Source: a virus. Taken from it: DNA of 64,000 nucleotides. The notes under the pieces are model-generated. The model was not told where the DNA came from. It made no database searches and saw only the letters and a list, made by a program, of their open reading frames with translations. The position numbers and the translations under genes were made by a program. The stretch lies in the IMG/VR virus record IMGVR_UViG_3300030333_006551, positions 65,907 to 129,906 of that record; one strand, written 5' to 3'. How positions within the stretch are numbered: position 1 is the first letter of the stretch; every line of letters starts with the position of its first letter. Positions 29,561 through 39,104 of the stretch are shown one piece after another.

Positions 29561-32421
29561 TTAGAGGTAATGTAAAAGTAACTAAAATTTATTCTAACGG
29601 AGATAAAGAATTAATCTTCGATGATAGTAACATTGTTACTGATGGACTTGGGTGCTCTTTAGTTAATATATTTACTCAAAATGGGTCAACTGATGTTGAG
29701 GACCACCAGATCGGTTATTTTCAGTTAGGAGATAGCAGAAGGGATTTATCCTCTGTAAACTTTTTCTTGAAGAATAATTTCTATACTTTAAGTTCAGCTT
29801 TCAGTTTATCAGAGTATGGCAATGAAAGTCCTCTCATGCTTCAGACCACTCCCCAAGTGATGGTGGATGATGATTTTATTCCTGCCAATGATTTAGTTTA
29901 CTTCGTATCTTCAGGGTTGTTTGCCAAACTTGACAGGCAAGCTTATACTTCATTTGATAATAGTGATGTAATTAAACATAGAATTACCCTCGATGAAGAC
30001 ACTGCAAATGGGCAAAGTATTCGAGAGTTAGGTCTTTTTATGAAAAACCCTGAGGGAGCTAAAGGTAAAGATAGAGTTATTTTAGCTGCTTATAGATCCC
30101 TAGAAAAACCTATTGTTAAAAATGCAGAATTTTCTGTGGCAATAGATTGGACTTTCTCATTTGCAGCCGATATTACTCAAGCTACCCCAGGTAAAAACTT
30201 CACTTATGTTGTTCAAGTTTTAAGCGGAACAACAGATAATGGTTCTTTAAGCACGGAAACAGATTTCGATGAATTTTTTATAGTAAATAAACCAGCAAAA
30301 TATGATGTTTATCCTGATGGGAGCCCTTTAGTTATTGGATGTCATGGCTTTGAAAGAGGAGGTCTAGGGTTATCCTCAGTTGATACCACGCAATCGACTA
30401 CACACCAATTTGATCAGATTTTAGTCTCAGGAGTCGTATCAGGGTTACTTGTATCAAAAGCTGTAGATAATGGATATTTTATGGTTCATCCATGTTTAGG
30501 TAAGTACGGATTAACTAATCGAGCCTTTGATGGTATTCGAGGTTGGAACAGAGCCATGCATTTAGGTTTGTGGAATGAAAATGTAGGTTTGCGTCATCTA
30601 AAACTTGCGGTTAGTTGGATGAAAAGTCAGCATCCTATTAATGATAAAAGGATTTATTTATGGGGATTCTCTAATGGAGGAGTCGCCCCTATAACGTATG
30701 CATCTAAACTGCTTGATCCAACAAAAGATTTTATGGTAGCAGGAATAGTATCTGAAAGTCCAGACGCTTTAAATTATGACAATTTCTTTAGAAATAGTCA
30801 TGTACATCAGGATAGATTACGCTTTTGGACCTCAGGCATGGGAAGGTTGCCTTACATTCCGCAGGAGGAAACAGGTGCTGGAGACCCTCATGAGGGAGAT
30901 TCGTGGAGTGATATTAGTGCGCTTCAGCTCTCTAGTGTTGCAGAACCCTATGCATCTATCTCCCCTTCCACGACTTCATCATTTATCTCTGAGTTCTATA
31001 AGAATAGTGCCTTTCATCATCAGCATGATACCTCTACTGTTTCGGCAAATTTAAGTGTTGCAAAAAACACAAGACACTTGCCATTAGTGCTTTCATACGG
31101 AGACGGAGAACAAAAACTTTATATGAGTGGAATAACCATGTTCCATAACTGGGCTGTTTGTGCAGAAGGAAGTGGGTTAAATCACCCTAATTACTTGCGA
31201 CAAATAAGAACGGGGGACTACAATCAGCATAACTTTGACCATCTTGCGGGTATTAATTCAGATACAGGAAAAACTTACTTAGATACTGCTTGGGATTATG
31301 TTTCTGCGAATACTTTATCTTTCCCAACAGAAGGTGAGTATTGCATATATAAATCACAAAGAATTTTTAATGTGTTAGCCTCTCCAAGTTCTTCTGAATG
31401 GGACCATGATAATGGAGGTGCAGCGAATTTTTCCTTTGAAGATTACGCACCTACATTGTCTTCCACACTCTCTTCTATGAATAATATCGCTTCTTTCCGG
31501 CATTACGGTATTGAGACCTCTCCAGGAGTTCAAGAACAAGTTAGAAGATTAAAATCTAACCGAACCACAACGCTTCATCTATATCCAAATATACCTTCTA
31601 AAGTAGTAGCAGACAATGTTGAGTACAGGCGAAGTGAATTCCCAGGAGGAAATGTTAGTAATGATAATTATTTAATCGGTGCAGAGCATGGAGATCCTTT
31701 TGATTTTGGTGGAGACCTTACTGTAAATGGAAAGACTGGTTTTTATACAGCAGGAAATTGGTTAGGTGGTCAAAACCTTAGGGTTTTTGGTGATGGCCCA
31801 AAACAGCTACCAAGTCAGCAAGATCCTTATGGGGGTACAGAATGGGATTACTTATTTAGGGAGGATGCTGCTAATGAGAATGCCATCCATAACGGAAGAA
31901 AAGGTATAGTAGATGTTGGTTCGATATCAGGTAGAACATTTACTTTTTCTTGTTACTTTCAATTAGGAAGCGTTACAGGCGTAGATGTTAGTTTAGCTAT
32001 GTATGCTGAAAAGGGTGGGGTATACGCCCAGGGGGGTAATTCAACCTTTGGAGGTGTTCCTTATCAAAAAGAAACTATTGATACTAATACTATTGATTCA
32101 GGTATTTCAGGTGGAACCCAAGGATACAATGATTGGCAAAGAGTTTCTTTCACTGGAACTTGGCCTGAGGGCGACCATGGAGGTAGGGTGGTTATTCTTC
32201 TTGTTTTCGGTGATTTAGCGGATATTGCTTCCTTTACTGCACTAAAATATATAGCCGTATCACATGCTAAACTAGAAGATGGTGACGTAGCAACTAGCTT
32301 CAATGAAGGTGGGCCTGGTAAGAAAACAGCCTCTATATATTGGACATATAATAAAGGGTCACAAGCTGTTCTGTTAGGTAACAATACACATAAACTAGTA
32401 ACATGGGAAATAACACCTTAG
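29557..32421 (+). CDS. baseplate/fibre protein with alpha/beta-hydrolase and CBM-like domains
   Basis: N-terminal domain paralogous to 32448..33038. LVIGCHG and WGFSNGG (GxSxG) motifs. C-terminal FTFSCYF...WQRVS...AKLEDG module. Confidence 0.65.
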   Translation: MIRGNVKVTKIYSNGDKELIFDDSNIVTDGLGCSLVNIFTQNGSTDVEDHQIGYFQLGDSRRDLSSVNFFLKNNFYTLSSAFSLSEYGNESPLMLQTTPQVMVDDDFIPANDLVYFVSSGLFAKLDRQAYTSFDNSDVIKHRITLDEDTANGQSIRELGLFMKNPEGAKGKDRVILAAYRSLEKPIVKNAEFSVAIDWTFSFAADITQATPGKNFTYVVQVLSGTTDNGSLSTETDFDEFFIVNKPAKYDVYPDGSPLVIGCHGFERGGLGLSSVDTTQSTTHQFDQILVSGVVSGLLVSKAVDNGYFMVHPCLGKYGLTNRAFDGIRGWNRAMHLGLWNENVGLRHLKLAVSWMKSQHPINDKRIYLWGFSNGGVAPITYASKLLDPTKDFMVAGIVSESPDALNYDNFFRNSHVHQDRLRFWTSGMGRLPYIPQEETGAGDPHEGDSWSDISALQLSSVAEPYASISPSTTSSFISEFYKNSAFHHQHDTSTVSANLSVAKNTRHLPLVLSYGDGEQKLYMSGITMFHNWAVCAEGSGLNHPNYLRQIRTGDYNQHNFDHLAGINSDTGKTYLDTAWDYVSANTLSFPTEGEYCIYKSQRIFNVLASPSSSEWDHDNGGAANFSFEDYAPTLSSTLSSMNNIASFRHYGIETSPGVQEQVRRLKSNRTTTLHLYPNIPSKVVADNVEYRRSEFPGGNVSNDNYLIGAEHGDPFDFGGDLTVNGKTGFYTAGNWLGGQNLRVFGDGPKQLPSQQDPYGGTEWDYLFREDAANENAIHNGRKGIVDVGSISGRTFTFSCYFQLGSVTGVDVSLAMYAEKGGVYAQGGNSTFGGVPYQKETIDTNTIDSGISGGTQGYNDWQRVSFTGTWPEGDHGGRVVILLVFGDLADIASFTALKYIAVSHAKLEDGDVATSFNEGGPGKKTASIYWTYNKGSQAVLLGNNTHKLVTWEITP

Positions 32422-32447
32422 GATTTTAAAACAGGTATATAATTATA

Positions 32448-33038
32448 ATGAATAGAACAAAAGACACAATCCAGCCTTACGGATTCTTAGAGATATCTAA
32501 GATTTATTCTGATGGAACTGAAGAATTAGTATTTGATGAAAGAAACGTCATTACTTCGGGGATGGCAGTAGGGTTATCTCATTTGTTCTCAGCATCAGGT
32601 GGAACTTCTATTGAAAATTTTCAGATACTCAATTTCCAAGTCGGAGTGTCGGGGGATATAAATACATATGGAGTCTCCAGTTTTAAGCTAGTCTCTGGGC
32701 TGTCGCAAGTTCAGTACGAATCTTCTGGTTCTGAAGCATTTATTGAACTTTTGGCTCCTATAGAAAATGGATCTGTATTAGGAAGTAATAAAGCTTTTGT
32801 TAGGATACCGTTTAACCATGTTGAAAAAGTAACTAAAACTTCTGTCAGGTTTATACTGGTATTAGATAGGTATACTGCTAACGGGGTAGGTGTCGATCTA
32901 AATGAAGTTGGACTATTTATGAGAAATCCTAGAGGTTTAGCTGCTGAATCACCGATCTTAGTTGCATACAGACCATTTACTGCAATAACAAAGACTGATG
33001 CTTTTGCATTAGTCTTCAAGTGGACTTTACAATTCTAA
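32448..33038 (+). CDS. baseplate/fibre-attachment protein (single domain)
   Basis: NVITSG, FQVG, LNEVGLFMRNP, LVAYRPF..I.K...F...FKWTL. Confidence 0.65.
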   Translation: MNRTKDTIQPYGFLEISKIYSDGTEELVFDERNVITSGMAVGLSHLFSASGGTSIENFQILNFQVGVSGDINTYGVSSFKLVSGLSQVQYESSGSEAFIELLAPIENGSVLGSNKAFVRIPFNHVEKVTKTSVRFILVLDRYTANGVGVDLNEVGLFMRNPRGLAAESPILVAYRPFTAITKTDAFALVFKWTLQF

Positions 33039-33041
33039 ATT

Positions 33042-36000
33042 ATGCCATTTTATCCAGACGATCTCTACACTGTAAGCGCGGGAATAACTCCCACCACTTA
33101 CTGGAACCCATATGTTACCAAGCATGATACTAGTTCCTTCTACAATTGGGAGCAAGATAACCTCCCACTGTACGATTTAGAGGAAAGAACAGAATATTTA
33201 TGGGCTAAAGGAGCAGGGTATGGGGCTTCTGCTGTACCAAGTATGGCGCTGTTAGTGTCTGGAACTAATGAAAGTGCAAATGGTAGAGTATTTACCAACC
33301 TCCAAACTGCTGTTGATTCACTTCCTAGAGAATTAAGATTCCCAGTGTGTATTGAGGTTGTCGCTTCTGGCGCGTTAGGTTCTTTAAACTTGGAAGGTAT
33401 AACCTGTAGCGAAGACGGGGCTTTAGAGATTATTAATAGAGGGTGTGCTAAAGTATATTCTGATCAATTCGGTGGTTTAGGTGCTTTAGCCGCTGGTGCT
33501 ACAACTGCTTTCGTATCAGGAACGGGAGCTATAGGTAGAACTTGGAATGTAACTCCTCTAAATGGAGCTAAGTCTTGGCGATATGTATCATCAATCGACT
33601 TGTCAAGTTATGTGGACAATGTTTGGTCTAGAGTTGAAGAAAATATTGGTGTTTCAATTGCCAATTCAAAACTTAATACTAGACGAATTTTCCACAGACA
33701 CCAAAATGAAGCTAATTTTTCAGGAACAGGAGAGGGAATAAGAGCATTCTTTAGTACCGCTCACCAAAATGACTCAGGGCAAAGGCCTGATAGAGTCCAG
33801 TTTTCTTTACACGAAGCTAGTGGGGGTGATTTCGCTGCACCTAACCCCTGGGCTAAAGGTACAAGTGCTGTTTTTGAGTTATCTGAATACGGAATAGCAG
33901 GATATACAGAAGGAGTAAGAAAACACAGCGTTAAAGATCTTTCTGTAAAAGTCTTAGATGTCAGCGCAAAAAGCCAGATTGATGATTCACATTTAGGTAG
34001 ATCAGCACCTCCTTCTGTTAATACTTTAGCCTTTTCTCAAGTTGCAGGGGGAGTTAATGATCAAGTAGCGGGGTTAGTTTTTGCAAATCATGTAAGTTCT
34101 ATTAGAGTTAACAACTGTGATGGCCCCATTTATCTTAGAGGATTTTGCGTTGATGGAGCGAACACAGGAGGTGGAGAAAATGGAACCCCTGTAGGTAAGT
34201 ACCTCATTGATAAAGGTGCAGTGGTTGAAAATTCTAATGGTGTTACATTAGAAAATGTTGCCACTACACGATGCAAATTGTATGGAACAGAAATTAGAAA
34301 CTCTAATGTAACTTTAAGTAGGGGATTCTATTCCCACCGCAATTACGAAGTTACGAATAACACTAAGGGGTCTGAGGCTAGAGCAGATAATGAGACCGCT
34401 GGGCTTCGGGCATTTAACAGTACCGTTTCTGTAAGTGCAGACCTATATGCTTCTGGTGTGGACTTCCTTTTTCACACACAACAAAACTCAGTAGGCATTC
34501 TATTAGAGAATAGTATCTTTGATGCAGGGGCCTCAGGTGATGGCGGAAGGCTTGCAACCAATGTCCATGTTGGGTATAATAACTTCGGTGTTAAAGCTAT
34601 CAACTCACATATGGCTTTTGATGGAAGGCTAGATGTATTTAATAATGAATACGGTCTTGATTTAGATAACTCTGTTATTAAAACAGATGAGCTTACCGTA
34701 GAAAATAGTGAGTATATAGGATTGCGAGCGAATAATTCTCACATTGTATACAATAAGAATTATTCTAATGATACATTCAGCGACTTAGTTGAAAACTCAA
34801 AAGGTGTCCGTTTCTCACAAACCTTTTTCAGGCAGAATGGGCAACATTTAGTCCTTGATTCTAATAGTAGTTTCGGTTATGATGATTCTACAAATATTAG
34901 ATCTTCTAATAACAACCGTCCCCAAAGGTTTGGATTGATGCGAATGGTACAGTCCCATGGTGTTTTAAACCGAGGTGCAAAGAATACATCGCTTCCTGCG
35001 GTTGAAGTTAATCAATCTAAAGCGGACTTAATCCATTGTAGATTAGATGTAAGTGGTATGTTAGGTTTACATCCAACTAAAGGCTCCGCTGTTTTAGCTC
35101 AGAATAATTCTGAAGTTAAATTCTTAGGTACTGGCTCAGGAACTACTATGGTTATTGGTCCCCCAGACCTTGCAAAGCAGTTGCATAATGCAGGGATCGC
35201 AGCAGATAATAATTCTAAGGTTTCTTTCCGAGGCCCAACTGTTATCGCTCAATTCGGTGTAGATGTTTTAGCTGATAATAATTCAGTTATGGAGTTCTGT
35301 CCTCATAAAAAAGGCAGTGGTGAATTAGATGTAAGTGGGTTTACTTTAACTAACCCTTTAAACCATACAGCGGTTGAGCTACACTCAACCAGGGCATGTC
35401 TTGTTGCTGATAATAACTCAGTAATCAACATGGAAAATTTGGGTGATTTCAACGCTTTTTGGGATGTCTCAGGCGATAGTATATACGGCGATGGCGTAGA
35501 TTTTGACAACGATAATAGCCCCTCTTCATTATATTCAAGAGGTTCTATGCAGTTCTTCCCTAATCCAGCCGATGCTATAACCAACTCGATTGATAGTGGA
35601 AGTAGACAGAACATCGCTTCAGCACTCCCTGATACTGTTGCAGGAGATAGAATCAAAAATGCGAATATGAAAGGAAATGATACACTTTATCAAGTACTCA
35701 ATCCTTTTGGAGCAGATTCAAGTGCCATAACTAAGATTAGTGTCTCGCTAGGAGGCTATTGTGTTCGTGCTTTAGGTGGGAGTCAAGTTAATGTTAAAAA
35801 TGTCCACTTCCCATGTGGTGGACCAATTGCAAACGGAACCTATTTCGACCCAACTAAATCAGAATCCTATGCTATTGAGCCTAAGTCAGGTAATAACAAC
35901 CTTCTTATTTGGAACATCGCAGATTCCTCAAGGCTAAACGCTTCATATATTAGTGTAAGTGGAAACCATCCTGCTAAAGCTGATTATCATGGTCCTAGAG

Positions 36001-36839
36001 CAGTGTACTTCTCAGGGGAATCATATAATGAGTTTGCCAGTGGAACAATTACTGATAATACATCCACAAGCGCAGTAGCTTATGGAGCAGAATATAATCC
36101 AGAGACAGGTCGAATTGCTGTTTGCGATTTGTATGGTTTAGGTGTTCAGGTTTCTGATGTTGATGGACTTCGTTGGGGTGACGATGAGGCCACTGGAGCA
36201 GTAATTCTTAGTGGAATTTCTCAGGCTGTGCATAATAATAGTACCACCATAGGTATGACTAGTTACCAAAATAAAGGTCCCTTTAGATTATACTTTAGTG
36301 TTGATCCCGCAATAAAACATGTTGGTTACGCCTCTGGCAATCTTAATGGGGCTGTACCTGAGGGAGGAGTCTACCCTTATCACTTTAATGATAACAGACC
36401 TTATCAGCATTTATCACAAGGATATAGTTTATCAGGACCAGCAGGAGTGTCACAGGATTTAGGTTGGAGGATTGATAATGTAAGCTCGACTGGATACCAA
36501 CATCTTCTTCTTTCTAGTACTCCAGACGGTGCGATCAATCAATACGAAAATGTTAATGATGATCACTTCAATGGTTTGGCATTATCAGGATATTACAGAT
36601 CCAAGGACTTCGGGCCACAGCATACCCCCTATAATATTATGCTTGATGAGTCAGCAGCTAACACCTTTGCTAATGCTAAGAACGCTGCGTTCAGAGCCGT
36701 AGGAGATAGAGGTGGTCCAAAGGTGACTATATACAGTTCACATGACACTTCTGGTGGAGAGATGGAGACACCTACCACAAACCAGTTGGGTATAGGATTC
36801 AGATCATCTAACATCTTTGATCTAGGGAAAGGAAACTAA
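33042..36839 (+). CDS. tailspike with right-handed beta-helix (pectin-lyase-like) repeats
   Basis: N-terminal attachment motif WEQDNLPLYDLEERT, FTNLQTAVDSLP, and many Asn-rich rungs (AQNNSEV, ADNNSKV, ADNNSVM, ADNNSVI). Confidence 0.7.
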   Translation: MPFYPDDLYTVSAGITPTTYWNPYVTKHDTSSFYNWEQDNLPLYDLEERTEYLWAKGAGYGASAVPSMALLVSGTNESANGRVFTNLQTAVDSLPRELRFPVCIEVVASGALGSLNLEGITCSEDGALEIINRGCAKVYSDQFGGLGALAAGATTAFVSGTGAIGRTWNVTPLNGAKSWRYVSSIDLSSYVDNVWSRVEENIGVSIANSKLNTRRIFHRHQNEANFSGTGEGIRAFFSTAHQNDSGQRPDRVQFSLHEASGGDFAAPNPWAKGTSAVFELSEYGIAGYTEGVRKHSVKDLSVKVLDVSAKSQIDDSHLGRSAPPSVNTLAFSQVAGGVNDQVAGLVFANHVSSIRVNNCDGPIYLRGFCVDGANTGGGENGTPVGKYLIDKGAVVENSNGVTLENVATTRCKLYGTEIRNSNVTLSRGFYSHRNYEVTNNTKGSEARADNETAGLRAFNSTVSVSADLYASGVDFLFHTQQNSVGILLENSIFDAGASGDGGRLATNVHVGYNNFGVKAINSHMAFDGRLDVFNNEYGLDLDNSVIKTDELTVENSEYIGLRANNSHIVYNKNYSNDTFSDLVENSKGVRFSQTFFRQNGQHLVLDSNSSFGYDDSTNIRSSNNNRPQRFGLMRMVQSHGVLNRGAKNTSLPAVEVNQSKADLIHCRLDVSGMLGLHPTKGSAVLAQNNSEVKFLGTGSGTTMVIGPPDLAKQLHNAGIAADNNSKVSFRGPTVIAQFGVDVLADNNSVMEFCPHKKGSGELDVSGFTLTNPLNHTAVELHSTRACLVADNNSVINMENLGDFNAFWDVSGDSIYGDGVDFDNDNSPSSLYSRGSMQFFPNPADAITNSIDSGSRQNIASALPDTVAGDRIKNANMKGNDTLYQVLNPFGADSSAITKISVSLGGYCVRALGGSQVNVKNVHFPCGGPIANGTYFDPTKSESYAIEPKSGNNNLLIWNIADSSRLNASYISVSGNHPAKADYHGPRAVYFSGESYNEFASGTITDNTSTSAVAYGAEYNPETGRIAVCDLYGLGVQVSDVDGLRWGDDEATGAVILSGISQAVHNNSTTIGMTSYQNKGPFRLYFSVDPAIKHVGYASGNLNGAVPEGGVYPYHFNDNRPYQHLSQGYSLSGPAGVSQDLGWRIDNVSSTGYQHLLLSSTPDGAINQYENVNDDHFNGLALSGYYRSKDFGPQHTPYNIMLDESAANTFANAKNAAFRAVGDRGGPKVTIYSSHDTSGGEMETPTTNQLGIGFRSSNIFDLGKGN

Positions 36840-39101
36840 ATGGCATACAACGGTAATAATAGTGGAAATGGAAATGGTAATGGTACGGGATCTTCGTACA
36901 CTGGCGATTCTAATTTAGAGTTTAATTTTACAGAAAGTCCTTATAAATTTACCGATCCTGTTCGTTACTACAAATCAAACGATCCCTACTATTGGGAAGT
37001 TGACAACATCCCACTTAAGCAACTTCAAGAAAACTGCTTATGGCTTAGAGACCAAATTCAGAATGGCACGGGTACTGGAGGAAGCACGGGTGGGACAACC
37101 ACTAACGGTATTAACAGGGCAGACTTTAACGAACTTAAGCCATATGTAATTGGTACAGATAGGATTGTACGAGTTAGGCCTGGAAACTTTACTGCAAGAG
37201 TTAACGATGCCTATGGATTACAAAATTACATAAGCACTTTACAGGGTGAAGGACCAAACTTGCAGGCTCCTGAGTATGATCCTGATGTTCCTGGATCTCA
37301 AGATCTTGAAAGATTACTCCCCACAAAATACCTCCTTACTCTTCCTCAGGAGACCCTACACAAGCTTATTGGTAATTTTACCGTAAATGCAGGTACTCCT
37401 AGTTTAGCGGGGTTAGGGTTCAACGGTTTATACGATTATTACCGTATATTTAATACTACATTGGAAGAAGGGTATAATCTCCGATATCAAATAGGAGAGG
37501 CTCCTAATAGAATTCCAGGTTTAAAGACTTCTGTATGGAAATACGCAACAACTAGCTCTGATACTCTTTTGTCTCAAAAGTTATCTATGGAGTTTACTAA
37601 GAGATGGAAGGGTGTAGCTAGAACAGCGGTAGTTAATGTACCTCAGGAATTAGCTATTGATATCCCAGCGTTCGATTCGGCTGATTTTATGGATAATTCA
37701 ACTGATGCTTCCCCTAATTATCGTATTGATTTAGTTTTCTTATACACTCACCCTGTAGATTCGAAAAGAACTAGAATAGGTAACAGAGACGGAATAACAA
37801 CAATAACGGCTCCAAAGTTAGGGTTAGTTAAAGGTGCTGGATTAATTCTTAAGAAAAAAGATAGTGCTGGTGTTTTAACCGATGTTGCCCCAGGTGATAT
37901 AGGTAACGAAGCTGCGAATGATACAGTAGAGTATGTTCTTGATGAGCGAAATCCAGGGAGTAATGATGTTTCAAAAAGTTTACTTTCTCCCATAGTAGAT
38001 CACTGGGACACAGAATTAACTACCATCCCTAACGGTTCAATTACTTTTAGAGGAAGCTTCCCATCACCTGATGACTTAATGAATTTAGCCCCTCTGTTAG
38101 CTGATAATCTTGTAGACACTGATATTAGATTGGTTGGACAATCAGTTTTGCCAATATGTTATGTGTTCTCACAGAGCGGACAAGAAACACAAACTTTATC
38201 TATGGATCATATCGTTGATATCCGTCCTTTCTTTAGGACTGCTGAGTTAGCGTATAATGAACGAGCAGGTATCGCTGCTGCGGTTCCTCAATTATCTATG
38301 GTTAACCCTGCGGTCGGAAAACGCCAATTACAAGAGTATGCTAGGAATATAGAAGCGACAATAGTGGAAAGATATGATCAGAAAATTTCGGAATTAACGG
38401 CTTTGGTAAATACTGCAACAAACCCAAATAAGCCTCAGTTCTATAGTAAGATTATTAATTCTTCTTGGCCTAATGAAGATAAACTTTCAAGAGATGGGTA
38501 TTTAATATTAAAACATACAGGTGCAGGAACTTCTATGCCAATAGCTTTTAGTGATGCTAACCCACAGAGAACAATATTATATAATGATAATAATGAGATT
38601 TATATAGCAGATCAAGGTACGATTGCTTTAAAACGAGGCATCTATAAAATTGATTGTTTTATAAATCCTATCTGGAGTAGAGAACGAGATTCAGAGGGCA
38701 TTCAATCCTCTAAAATGATGGATGCCAAGCTACATCTTTGGCGAAAGCCTGGTGGAGGGCCACTTAGTATTGATAATACTTCTTGGGATAGGTTTGAGGG
38801 AACTAGTGATAACTATGGAGATCACGGTACTATGGGCGAAGGAAGCTGGTGGGCTCCTCCAATTGAGGGCTCTTTAAATCGGATTGTCAATTTCGAAAAT
38901 CACGGTAAAACTATAGGAGGCACTATTATCGCTCATGTTGTGCCTCCACCAGAGGAAGATTCCGTAGATTATCAGGTTAGGTTGTCCCAAGAAGGGCTCG
39001 TATATGAAGATTCAGATGGAGACCCAGGCAACCAGAGAGAGAGCCAAGATCTTATAGTTGAAGGTAGTTTTAGTATCACTAAGTTAGCAGATATTGAATA
39101 A
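36840..39101 (+). CDS. tail fibre-like structural protein
   Basis: N-terminal WEVDNIPLKQLQEN paralogous to the preceding gene. RIDLV and IVDIRPF motifs. Confidence 0.6.
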   Translation: MAYNGNNSGNGNGNGTGSSYTGDSNLEFNFTESPYKFTDPVRYYKSNDPYYWEVDNIPLKQLQENCLWLRDQIQNGTGTGGSTGGTTTNGINRADFNELKPYVIGTDRIVRVRPGNFTARVNDAYGLQNYISTLQGEGPNLQAPEYDPDVPGSQDLERLLPTKYLLTLPQETLHKLIGNFTVNAGTPSLAGLGFNGLYDYYRIFNTTLEEGYNLRYQIGEAPNRIPGLKTSVWKYATTSSDTLLSQKLSMEFTKRWKGVARTAVVNVPQELAIDIPAFDSADFMDNSTDASPNYRIDLVFLYTHPVDSKRTRIGNRDGITTITAPKLGLVKGAGLILKKKDSAGVLTDVAPGDIGNEAANDTVEYVLDERNPGSNDVSKSLLSPIVDHWDTELTTIPNGSITFRGSFPSPDDLMNLAPLLADNLVDTDIRLVGQSVLPICYVFSQSGQETQTLSMDHIVDIRPFFRTAELAYNERAGIAAAVPQLSMVNPAVGKRQLQEYARNIEATIVERYDQKISELTALVNTATNPNKPQFYSKIINSSWPNEDKLSRDGYLILKHTGAGTSMPIAFSDANPQRTILYNDNNEIYIADQGTIALKRGIYKIDCFINPIWSRERDSEGIQSSKMMDAKLHLWRKPGGGPLSIDNTSWDRFEGTSDNYGDHGTMGEGSWWAPPIEGSLNRIVNFENHGKTIGGTIIAHVVPPPEEDSVDYQVRLSQEGLVYEDSDGDPGNQRESQDLIVEGSFSITKLADIE

Positions 39102-39104
39102 ATT

